A stretch of DNA of 64,000 nucleotides, from positions 62,001-126,000 of the forward strand of contig RDEW01000061.1 in assembly GCA_011109175.1 (NCBI GenBank). The letters are read 5' to 3'. Below are positions 1 to 11,329 of this stretch, piece after piece. Below the pieces are notes generated by a model. It had not been told where the DNA came from. It did not search any database and saw nothing but the letters and a program-made list of their open reading frames with translations. How positions within the stretch are numbered: position 1 is the first letter of the stretch; every line of letters starts with the position of its first letter. The stretch comes from Dicyema japonicum (lineage: Eukaryota; Animalia; Dicyemida). The position numbers were made by a program, and so were the translations under genes.

Positions 1-841
1 TGGAAGGAAGATTCATTACTTAAGATCGGTGAATACCAAGTTCATTCAGATGGAGTTTGTAATGCTAAATTTGGGAGTTACGATACAAGGTATTAACATT
101 TAAATAATAGAATATATTCTGGTGGTTGGGATAGACAGTTGTGTTGCACTGATTTAGAGACGCAACGTCTTATAGTAATTAATAATCATAAAGATTTAGT
201 GGAGAGGTAAACACAAAGGAATGGTCACGTGGGTGGATGTAAGAGGACATTGTGTCGCAACAGTTTCAGATCCTGATCTAGTTTTGAGATTATGGGACAT
301 CCGAAGTGAGAGATGTGTACATCAAGTATTTGGTGAGATTAATTTTACTATAGTTCAGGGCTCCACGACTCGACAATCACTTCCTGCTCAATTTCTGATA
401 ATGAAATACTGACAAGTTCATTCGATCATACTGCAAAATGCTATGATTTAGTCTCCAATAAACAGACTATGACTCTCAAGTAAAATTGTGTATTAACCTA
501 AGGTCACACCGATGTCCCATACTTAAAGGAGTTGTTTCAAACTCATCCTATGTGACTGCTGCTTGCGATAAGACTCTCTGTTGCTGGAAAATGGATGGAG
601 GTCATACAATTATGCAAGAAGGACACCATAGTTGTGTGTCTTCATGTGCATTTTCTTCAGATGGTGGTTATCTATAGTAATTAAAGGTAAAAAGATATTT
701 TCAGTGGGTTTTGATCAACGTGTAGTTTTGTGGGATGTCCATTCATGCTCTCTTTTGGATTACTGGACATTTAACTGTGGAATGCTTTATGATGTAAATG
801 TTGGCACCCAAAACTCACTTTTATTAGCTTCTGGAGTATGA
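1..841 (+). CDS. WD40-repeat protein (5' part outside window), multi-exon
   Basis: Removing GT-AG micro-introns (90-110, 175-199, ~332-357, ~480-502, 664-686) gives consecutive WD repeats, e.g. HKGMVTWVDVRGHCVATVSDPDLVLRLWD and GHHSCVSSCAFSSDGKKIFSVGFDQRVVLWD; TGA at 839-841. Confidence 0.85.
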
Positions 842-1234
842 TTATTTATAATAATAATAATAAAGAATGGCAAAATATACATAAAATCCTTATCTCAACC
901 ATCGAAATCAAATAAAACAAGGAAGCAAACTGTGCGAATGGAGGTTAGTAGGTCGCTCAAATTAACAGTGCCGGTCATGTCATGTGCCATTTATGTCAAC
1001 AGAAATTATTGGAGATCAATGCGTTGACTGTAGACTTCAGCGATTAACACAATAATTAAAATTTCTTTCTTAAATGAATTTAATATTTTTCTTATGCAGT
1101 TATTTCCTATAAGGGAAGCACAACAAAATTGATTTAGTAAAAAACAGATAGATGGCACCATGTGGTGCTATGTGGCTAATTGTTGACGATTTCTGTTTGT
1201 TTTATATGTTTCTCCTCTTCCCTTTCCTACTAGA

Positions 1235-1487
1235 GTGGCGTCATGCGATCCACCTGCTCAGGTGGTGCCAGATTGGCACGAAAAGGATCATTTGCTCTCC
1301 TCCATTTCATTAGAGGGGTTTCCACAACTGCAAGGAATGGACGTCTTTTACCTCTTACTCTGGTTCTGTATGGACTGTCGTGACGTTGAAAGACTCTGCT
1401 TCTACAACAATGGAAACTGGATCATTTAATTAGTTGATTACTGTTAACTTCTTTCTCGTGTATCGGGGGTTAATAATAATAACAGAT
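1235..1487 (+). mobile_element. 3' fragment of APE-LINE family X with (TAA)n tail
   Basis: 3' end ...ggatcatttaa...ttctttctcgtgtatcgggggtt-aataataat resembles the 3' ends at 39755-39830 and 47035-47110. Confidence 0.5.
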
Positions 1488-1699
1488 AGGTAATGAAATA
1501 AAGAACCATCTGATGCAATGATGGTTGGGCTCGAATTCCTTCGACCATCTTAGATTAAAACTCCCTGCCTAGAGGAGAACCAAAGGATTATTAATTTAAA
1601 TTAACCTATGTTACAACGAGAAAGAATTTAACTGTTAACAAACAATTTAATGTATCTAGCTCCTACGGTCATTAAAGAAGACTTTCTAATATCACACAA

Positions 1700-2230
1700 G
1701 TCCATCCAGAAGCAGGGAAAAGGGAAAAAACATCATTCCATGTCCTTTCAAATGAAGTTAACCGGTGGTTAAAAGGAATGTAACTTCCAAAAATGGACCC
1801 TCATAGAGATCCGTCGAGTATATCTTGTGTGGCACAGAAATCGAAGGCGGATCAGAACAAAGAGGTGGCCTGTCCTGTGGGGCCGTCTAGCAAACAGAAA
1901 GGGAAAAACGACGATTCTGATCAAATAGTCTAATTGATCAGTCTGGCGATCTCAGCGAAGACGCACCAAGTGGACGCTAACTTCCTTCCTTAGGGAAGTT
2001 TGGTTTCATCAATGTTTGACTTCAGCTGTTCTAAATCCTGTTGATATCAAGATTTTTGATGGTGTAGGATTATATCTGGTGCCAGCAGAGATGGTGAACC
2101 ACATGACGCACACTAACAATTCAAGTTCCTTGGAGGGAAAGGAGGAACAGAAGAAACAAACGAAAAAATCTTCAATTCAAGTATTATTATTATTATTAGC
2201 CACATACCACTACATTAAAAAATTGAAGAA
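1700..2230 (-). mobile_element. Degenerate 3' part of Ingi/Vingi-like LINE
   Basis: Minus strand gives NIDETKLP and TGHLF remnants; ccggtggttaa and tagagatccg shared with 52155-52190; 2065-2210 is homologous to 43980-44115. Confidence 0.5.
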
Positions 2231-2351
2231 GGTAAAGAGATCAGATTCATTAATTTTCGAATGTTTTCATAATAATAAATTATAGATTTTAACTAATAAT
2301 TTATTTTGCTTTTGTTATAAAACATTTTATTAATTTAATAATTTTGGTGAC

Positions 2352-3137
2352 ATGGATGCACTTCGTGCAGAGAGTGAAAATATGGTTTTTCCTAAATAAA
2401 AATCGTAGAAATGTTTTGAATGTGGTGGACCTAATCCTCAATGGGTTAGTGTGACCTACGGAATATGGATTTGTCTGAATTGTGCTGGTGCTCATAGAAG
2501 CTTGGGAGTTCACATTAGGTAATGCATTTTACTTATATAGTTTTGTGCGTTCAATAACAATGGACATTCTAAAACACGACGAACTTGCCCGAATGAAAGT
2601 TGGGGGAAATAAAAAGGCTAGACAGTTTTTTGAAAGTAATCTCCCTTCAGATTATCAGAATTGGGATCTCTCACAGAAATATAGCACGTCTGAAGCTGCC
2701 CAATACAAACAGCAGCTTATTAATGAGAGTGGAATTGATCCTATTCAGTTTAATCAGAGCAGCTACCACAAGACATCTGACCAAATTGGAATTAATCGTC
2801 CTCAATTTAGTCAGACTAATTACTATAAGACTTCAGATCAGAGTGGAATTGATCGTACTGGATTTAATCAGACTAACTTTTGCTATACCTCAGATACGAG
2901 TAATAGATTTGTTCCATACAATAATGTGAGTAATAATCAATTATACAATGATAACAATATTTCTACCCAATTGAGCGGTTATATTGATGATATAAAGCAA
3001 TCAGTGATGACAGTATTGATACTTTGATTTTGTAGGGGTGGAAGAAAATTAAAGATGGCACTTATCGCATTGTTAGTGACTTTACTGAGGATAGACAGAA
3101 TAAGCAATTTAATAATAAATGGAATAATAATTATTAA
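2352..3137 (+). CDS. ARFGAP1: ADP-ribosylation factor GTPase-activating protein 1
   Basis: After removing introns 2385-2408, ~2519-2540, ~3013-3035: [45 protein letters not shown] (ArfGAP zinc finger); last exon GWKKIKDG...NNY*. Confidence 0.9.
2728..2898 (+). repeat. In-frame 57-bp (19-aa) tandem repeat x3 inside ArfGAP1
   Basis: [19 protein letters not shown] / [19 protein letters not shown] / [19 protein letters not shown]. Confidence 0.9.
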
Positions 3138-3153
3138 TAAATTTATTTTTAAT

Positions 3154-4356
3154 ATGATTTTTTTTGCTTTTACTGTACCCTTTTTTGTTGGAGTTTTCAT
3201 TCTTTGGCAAATAAGATATGTTCCACCTTACATGGATGAAATATTCCATATATGGCAGACCAAGAAATACTGTGATGGTCAATACAATTATGTACATTTA
3301 TTATGATCAGTATAGTACCATCACAAAATAACTACTCCTCCTGGTTTGTATATTATCTCTGCCATACTTGGCAAACTGACCCGATCAGAGTGCTCCCCAA
3401 TATTCCTTCGTTCAATCAACTTTGCTTTCTCTTTATTAAATTTGATTATTATTTATCAACTGGACTTATCCAATACTCCTACGCTTTCCTCATTCAGTCA
3501 ATGGCTAGTATTCCCTCTTTATTTCTTCTCTTTTCTTTTTTATACAGACCACCTTTCTCTTTTATTTGTTCTTCTTCTCATTCGAAATCGTCATTCTCCC
3601 CCATTAATTGTTCTTATTCTTTCATTATCAACCGTCCTTATTAGACAATCTAACATTGTTTGGGTGTTCTATTCCTATCTCCTTCCATACTGTCAACGTA
3701 TTCCAACTATTAAACAACTCCTTTGGGATGACTGGCCTTTTGTGTTAACTGGATCTGCTACATTTGCGTTCATTTTATATAACGGATCATTAGCATTAGG
3801 AGATAAGACTGCACATCAACCAGTTCTTCATATCTGCCAAATGTTTTACTTTATTACATTCATATTTATCCTTAATATACACCAAACTATCCATCACTGT
3901 AAATTATGCTTATCAATTCCACTTACTTTCCTTATTCTAGTTTTCATATATTTTTTCAATTATGAACATTTATATTTAGTATCTGACCATCGTCACTATA
4001 CGTTTTATATTTGGCGTCATTTTTTTAAACGATTTACTTTACAACCATATATTTATGCCCCCGTTTATTATATTGCTCTTAATTGGTTTTTTTGTTATTT
4101 TAAAGGATATTGGTCATTTTTGTTTTTCTTTTGCACATTTTTGGCAGTCGTTCCCAACAAATTGTTTGAACTCCGCTATTTTATAATTCCAGCTGTTCTT
4201 ATTACTCGGCAAATGAGAATGAATGAAGAATATTCTCACAGTCTCTTACTTCATGTCATGTTTCTTGTTGCATTTAATATGCTCACAGTTGTTGTCTTCA
4301 TTTACTTTCCATTCTACAGTAATGCGTATTCTTCACTACAAAGATTTATGTGGTAG
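3154..4356 (+). CDS. ALG10: Dol-P-Glc alpha-1,2-glucosyltransferase ALG10/DIE2
   Basis: PYMDEIFHIWQTKKYC, one 24-nt intron, then KITTPPGLY; later RQSNIVW, GDKTAHQPVLH, YLVSDHRHYTFYIWR, FELRYFIIP and terminal QRFMW are ALG10 hallmarks. Confidence 0.95.
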
Positions 4357-4459
4357 AATAACATTCATTATTATTTATTTTCTTTCATTTAATTCTGATA
4401 ATCTTATCTTTGACTAAAAAGTAGAGAGATTATGTAAATAATTTTATTTATTTATTACC

Positions 4460-4592
4460 CCAGACATATAAGTCGCTTTCTTTGCAAACATGATAATTTT
4501 CCATCGCTGTGTTTAGTGGGATGCCAATTCCATTCTCATTATATGCCCGAATAGTCTCCAATGAGACTCCATTACCTCTAGGCTTATTGTCT
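4460..4592 (-). mobile_element. RTE LINE 3' fragment
   Basis: Minus strand ISLEVMESHWRLFGHIMRM...NTAMENY matches LSLEITDARWRLFGHVLRM...NVAMEDH of the RTE at 29.8-30.6 kb. Confidence 0.7.
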
Positions 4593-4729
4593 TACCCTTA
4601 CATTTCTTATAGATTAATTTACTTTTGGGAAAGTTTTACGTGACAAGCAACAATTGCTTGAGTCTATGTTTACTTGGACTTCAAACTTCATTATTCTCGT
4701 TTAAGAGCAGCTTCAACATAGAGATGCTT

Positions 4730-5380
4730 GCAAATGTACTCAGGACTATCCCCTATTTCACCAAATGTGACTAAATCGCGCACGTTGACGAAACCTCTTG
4801 CTCAAAAGCGTAGCGTAACTTCAACGTCCAAAAATGCTTCATTGAAGCAGGCCACAATACCTGTCAGATTAGGCGATCTGGGAATTCGCTACTCTATAGA
4901 TATTTATCTTTCTACTCATCTCTCGTCACTTGATAACCTTGTCAAGAGGATTCTACACTCCATTCTCGAACTCTCTCGTCCACACATGCGAAACCAGGAG
5001 CCCAAAACTCTCAATGGAGTCGATGCGATGTACCGAAAGTAATTTGAAGATCTACTGGTCTCATCTAACCAATACCGCCGTGCTTGCTTGTTGTCATGTA
5101 AGTCTTCCAAGTGGAGTTTTGGGTACCTTTAGAGATCAAAACGAGCAAAATACGCTGTCCTACCACTCCCAGTTTAAACATCCAGTTCCCTTACGTCCTC
5201 TACGCTCGAATTTCTGGGTCGGCTAGGGAATCGGATTTCTACGCCCACTAGAGATCTCCGTGAGCACTTCTGGCTACTTGAGCGAATCTCGTTCACAATC
5301 CATAGAGAGAACAGCCATGCAGGCAATGCGGTTATCTGTAGCCCTCATATTGATTGTTTAACGATTATTAATAAAGTAAT
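4730..5380 (+). mobile_element. CRE-like REL LINE 3' fragment, internally deleted
   Basis: LKQATIPVRLGDLGIR and C-terminal RDLREHFWLLERISFTIHRENS motifs as in the other CRE copies. Confidence 0.7.
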
Positions 5381-5699
5381 TGACCTTTCTATTTACTTGA
5401 AATTCTTCTCGGCCAATCTGTTTCTGTTATCATTCTCAGGTGATTCATACGGAAAAAGCCCAGTATGTCCACTTCTTTTTTGAGGAGGTCCAAATTTTAA
5501 CGTTGTATTTAAGTTTAAGTTTGACAAACAAATTGTACAATGTGGCGCACATAAGTGATTACTATACATAACCTGTTACTCTCCCAGCTTCTGTAGTCCT
5601 AAATCAAGATAAATCTAAAAATGATACCGGCGGGATTGTTATTACTAGTCTACTGATATCACTCAACTAAATTTTTATTCACTACATCCTTCTTATTTA

Positions 5700-5960
5700 T
5701 TAAAACGGGTTATGCATTGCAATCCTGTACTCACTCCAAACACAGTATATGCCAAGAGCCAATTTTGAAGGGATATAAATCCGAGTCCATAATGCTTTGG
5801 AATCACTAAGTAGACATATTATTCGATATTTTCGTGGTTCTCATCTAGACTGCGAGCAATCTTTGTCTCCTGTAGACAGCCAATGGAAACGTTATTTCTC
5901 TTATTCTCTTCTACATCTTGAACTATATCATCGAGCATTACAAAATTAAATAAAGGTATT
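5700..5960 (-). mobile_element. RTE LINE APE N-terminal fragment
   Basis: VSIGCLQETKI...HYGLGF on minus strand, homologous at nucleotide level to 48845-48965. Confidence 0.7.
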
Positions 5961-6544
5961 CCTTGGAATCATATTCTCAAAAAGAATGCTCACTTGTTGA
6001 TGATTATGTTGAAAAGTTATAATCTAGTGAACTTTTCAATATCCATCTTTTGTCGCACTTTTTTAATAAACATATTTGACATGGCTCATGTGATACTCTG
6101 ATTATATCGTTTAGTAATCTTTAGGAATTATTCAGATTCCATGTAATTGAAACCTTTTATTAGGATTCTCAGCGACTAAGCAAATTATGGTAGTTGTCAT
6201 AAGACAATCGAGGCTAAAAATCAAAAAAGTCATAATAAATATGAATAAAGCTGTCTCTACAAAAAAATAAAAGAACCTGAAAATAAGTAAGTAAATCCAA
6301 TTTCTGTTTTTAAACACCAATATTTATTAAACAGTGAAACAAATTAGGGTTCAGTTGCTAAAAGATGTGAGTATCCCCATACGTGGCGATTCCAATATAT
6401 CTATTTTCTAATCAGTCATTTTTCTCGAAATGTAGTCAGTAGGATAACAAACTCAATTCGAAAAATTATTACCAATATAAAATGGATAAACTTTAAACTT
6501 ATATTAAAAAAATATTAAGTCAAAACAGCGTCATTAAAAATTTC

Positions 6545-9362
6545 TCATATATTTCTACAAATATTTCGATTCTATATTTGAAATAAATATCAAACCTTAT
6601 TTTTCTGTCTTTTTGAGAGATATTTGCGTAAACTAATACCACTACACATATCCCCCACATCATTTTCAGGAATCAAAGAATCGAATTCTTTTAAGCATGA
6701 CTCAGTTGAACATCTAAAACTGACATACTATTTATTTTATAAGTAATACTTTGGACTTTTTGAAAGCATCTGAATGATGAGTTTTTCCTGTTTGGACGAC
6801 AAAATGGTTTTATAGTCAGTATTAATTTTTCGACTGTTAAGAAGAATGAATAATACAACCCCAACAGACCTGACATAGTAATTTATATTTACCAAATATC
6901 GCTATTTGCATGAGGTACTTTCGTTTGTAATATTTCTGGGGCAGAATATTCTTCGTCAGCAACAAAGTTCGGTGGTAACTCCAATTCTCTGCTAACAAAC
7001 TCAAATCCTCCTAATTTAACGAATGTCTGACTATTGTTCCGATGAACATATAAAGATTCAGGCTAAGCATACTTTGATATAAAATACTTTAATGTTATAA
7101 TGATTTACTCCTCGATGTTGAAGGAAAAAAAGACCGCGTAATATTTGAGCTACAAAAAACAGAACTATGTGTTGAGGATATTCTTGATAACTCGTGAGAT
7201 ATTCAAAAAGATTTTCAAAACTATACTTTAAAAATATAATACTTATCTGGATCACAGTGATTGTACTCCCCGGTGTTAAAAAACAACCGTAAAGAGAAAT
7301 AAATTGAAAACTACGACACTCCGTCATAATTTCAAACATTTTTGAAATTTGATTACAAAACACCGCAGAAAATATACAAGAAATAAGATATTTGTTCTTC
7401 ATATATAAAGAACATGGACATTTCAATTTCTTTTTTGAATTAAATTTGTAGTATTTGAATATATCTGACCGGAAAATAACATTCATTGAATTAGAAGTAG
7501 AAGATTCAGGAGTAATCGGTGGAGATGAAGGTGACTCAGAATAACGTGTATTGTTCAGAACAGAAACAATTCTAAATGAGTATGATTTATGATGCGAAAG
7601 ACCATCAACGTGGTAGTAAGAACAATTCAAATTCAAAGCAATGGAAAACCATTTATCATTTTCAAGTATCTCCAAATCATATGTTTCTTGCTCATTTTTC
7701 TTAACAAAAGCATCAGTCCAATCGACTTTTAGTGTTCCTTTACCAAATAATGAAACTTTTGGAGCTTCATATATATTCAAATTATCTATAGTTAATTTAA
7801 TTGTTATACTCGGTAGAACAGTCAAAATTCCACTCGTCTTAGTTTTACCATATTTATTGCTAACTTCAGCAATGTATTCTCCCCCATCCTCTACCACTAA
7901 GGATGATATCTTTAAGATAATATTTAGCACCAACCTGAAGATAACAGCAATATCCAATATTTTCTACTTTTGCCCTTTCAGGCAAATCACTATCCTTCTT
8001 TATCCATTTAACCATTGGAAGGTCCAAACTGAAAAATTCAAGTCTCATGTTTGCACAATGTCCAACAAAACCAGTGATTCCTTCAATTGCACTTACTGTT
8101 GGTATTTTGGTATTCTATAATATTTTCATAATTCAAACAATTTCCGACTTGCTTTCTAACATAAAGGAGATCATGGGAGATATTTCGTAGGTGTTATATT
8201 GAATATTTGTATCTTTCTTATCCATAGATGGATCGAGAAGGGCTAATGTGTAAAATTTAATCTAACCTGTAAGAAGATCACAACGATTATACACCATTGA
8301 CTCAAATTTGTCAAGCCATGTTTTAAATGCGTCCTTATCATCGAAATCAAAGATATATTTGTTATCATTTGACACATTAACAATAAGAAACTGATTACTT
8401 GTCTGTTTTTCAGTAATTTTTATTTCCAATGATGAAATCTATTATTATAGAAAATATTACAGGTATTAACGCCACAAATTCATAATTTGGTAAGTCATAC
8501 TTTTCGACATGAGGCGATACTGTAGTAATCACCAAACTATTTTCAAACAGGAAAACGTGTCGTTTGATATTTTCATTGTTGTGATGAATATAAATGGGGG
8601 TCTGTAAAAAGAGCGGTCCTGTGCGGTAAGTTTACCCTTAATGTCAAAAGAAGAGTAAACGGGAAAGTTTTTAATACGAGTGACACACATCATGTCGTTA
8701 GCATTAGCCGGTATGGCTGATATATTAGTAATAGCTTCACTTATGACAGTAACGTCACACTCTTGTTTTAACAAATACTTTTTGATATCCTGGATTTTAT
8801 TTGTAATAGATTACTTGCAAAAATAGCTGATATTTCATTATACGTTGTACTGGACGTATTATGATGTCTTTTACATCACGAGTTATCAGAGGATTCTTTG
8901 TCATTATGCTCTAAAAGTGATAACGCAATATCAACCGCGAAATATTCTTCATTTTCCCCTGCTAAAAAGTTGGCTCTGCTCGAATTTTCGCAATAACGCA
9001 CATACATATGAAAGTCCCGTTTGTAATGAGTGAAGAGCGTTGCAATCTTAAATGGATCATAGTCACATCCCTCCAATGCCTTATAGAATACACTATTATC
9101 AATCTTAACACAATACTTTTCGTGCCATTCACATATTTGCAGTATATTCGCGAATATTATGTTTATTTTGTCCTGTTCTTGGATAGGATATTCATTCATT
9201 GTTGGATAGTATTGCTATTTAGTTATCCCACTTTAATACATATTTGGCCTGATTTAAAACTTCTATATACTCCTTTTCCGAATTTATAAGCTCTTCCATC
9301 GTAAAATATAACTTTTCATTATATTTCTAGTATAAACAGAATACCCCAACCTTTGCTTCCAT
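6545..9362 (-). CDS. RhoGEF (DH-PH)-Ig-FN3-kinase-like protein, Trio/Kalirin/obscurin family; kinase appears catalytically dead
   Basis: Micro-intron-split exons give DH (MEELINSEKEY, IRPVQRIMKYQLFL, IPANANDMM), PH, Ig (EDGGEYIAEVSNKYG), FN3 (KSYSFRIVSV) and kinase-like C-lobe (QILRGLFFLQHRGVNHYNIK, YSAPE, SDIWSVGV). Start and end approximate. Confidence 0.8.
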
Positions 9363-9539
9363 ATCAAAAGTTTACCGCAAATTAATTAAAATATTAACCA
9401 AGCCGATTAATTCACGTCATCATTGACAGTTAATACAATTACTTTTTATTTAGAGTGACTATTCATTAAATTTAATAAAATTATCGAATATTTTACAGAA
9501 TAATATATCTAATTAGCATACTTAATTTTCAATTCAATC

Positions 9540-11030
9540 AATCAGGAACTTAGCTGCCAGTCCGCCTGACATCCATAATGCTATAATAGTCAAACTGACA
9601 TCCGCAATGCTTTCAATAGCATTCGCAGGGATAGAATCAGAAGCTAGCATCTCCAGGATCCCGGAAATTAGCAGGATGGTGAAACTTTCATATGGTTCCC
9701 CATGCATGCTGATCTTCTGACAGCACACCATCGAATCCAAGACTGGAGTCCAACAAGGCGATTCCATTGGCCCCCTACTCTTTGTCTTGGGCATCGATTT
9801 TACAGCTTCAGCTATCAGAACCCTAATGGACTTATGGTAGCTGAATGGTGAGACCATCGGAGGGAATTGGGAATTGGTCGGCGCCATCTCTGCTCTTGCA
9901 GCACTTGGGTTGGAACCGAATCCGTCAAAATTTGAAATCATTAACGTCTCAGGAATTTTCACCTTGACTCCTTTTTCTTCTACGGAAAGCCCTATGTTTC
10001 ACAGACATGGACTCCTTAAGAACCATCAACAAGAAGTTGAGGACTGCATTTGAAGAAACACTCAACATTTATTTTGATAAAACTAGATAGATCCACCACT
10101 TCGCTACGGAGAAATCGGAATACGCTCACCACTAGAACTCGCCTTCCCGGCCTTTCTATCTTCGATATATGATTTCAGTGATCCTACGCTACATTAACGG
10201 ATCGGACGGTGAACCAGTGGCATGCACGGCTCAGGAAGTCTGGACGCGATTAAATGTAGGATTCCTGAAGAACCCTAATAAAAAACGAGAGTGGGACAAG
10301 CTTTTATGCTCAAAGATCATAGATGAGATAAAACTTGAACTTGATCAGTATCGTCTGGCTTGTCTGGCTTCTATATTGATGAAAGAAAGTGGTGCATGGC
10401 TCAACATTACCATGCACCTCACCTGGACGCTATTGGATTACGACGTCACGAGAATTGGGGTTTGCGTCTGCCTTGGAATGGATGATTGCGCGATCAATCG
10501 CTGTAGAATGGTCGACTTGGGAGGTCTTCAAGCTCTCTCATGCAGGAGTTGAGTCTAAGACACAGTCAAATCAACGGAGTTATTGTGTGAGGACTAGAAG
10601 CGGCCGGATTTCCTGTGCAGTTGGAGTCTCTCGGATTGACTCCAGCCAACAAAAGACCTTACGGAACAACTCTCTTCCCATGGCAAAGTTCTAGATACCT
10701 TTGCTTGGGACGCTACCTGTGTGGATAGCCTCTCTCAAACCTTGCAACAAGCCCAGGCTCTGCTTCAGAAAAGGCTGCGACGCTAAAGAAGAAGAAATAT
10801 GAATGTATAGTCCATCTTTGAACCAATCGCCGTGGAAAACTCAGTATTCTTAGGAAGCAGATCACTAATTCTATTGAACCGTATCGGATCGCTTATCGCA
10901 AAAAGGAAAAAAGAGAAATGAGATAGCTTATTGAGCGCATTTCCTTGCGGATCATCGCGAGAAATGCGTTTTCGATTCTGGGAGCAGCCAGTAGTCGTTA
11001 ACTGTTAGTTTTTAAATTTATTTTGGTATT
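9540..11030 (+). mobile_element. CRE-like REL LINE subfamily A, 5'-truncated, decayed
   Basis: IRNAFNSIRRD, TGVQQGDSIGPLLF, LHALSCR, LAWDATCVDS, FEPIAVE; closely similar to 22200-24000. Confidence 0.9.
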
Positions 11031-11329
11031 AAAAAATGCTAGTTCGATAATCATACATGAATAATTAATTTACATTAATTTGCATGCAGATAATTCAATT
11101 AAGTGGTGTAGAATTTGGATAAATTGTTCAATTGCAGTCTAATTACCGTGAAAAGATATAGGTTATTGAAAAAATTTTCAGCACCAATTTTGAAAATCGC
11201 AAATAGAACTAGAATATAAAATGAATGTAAAATATAATAATTAACTATTATTATCGCGAATAACTAACTAAATTGACCTAGAAAATATATCCAAAGTTAT
11301 TCATTGATCGCACGCAACCTAATGGGATT

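Noticed and set aside
660-690. Stop-codon readthrough or variant genetic code in the WD40 gene (GGYL* TAG TAA)
   Set aside because: A 23-nt GT-AG intron (664-686) removes the stops and gives a perfect WD repeat; all host genes translate in the standard code.
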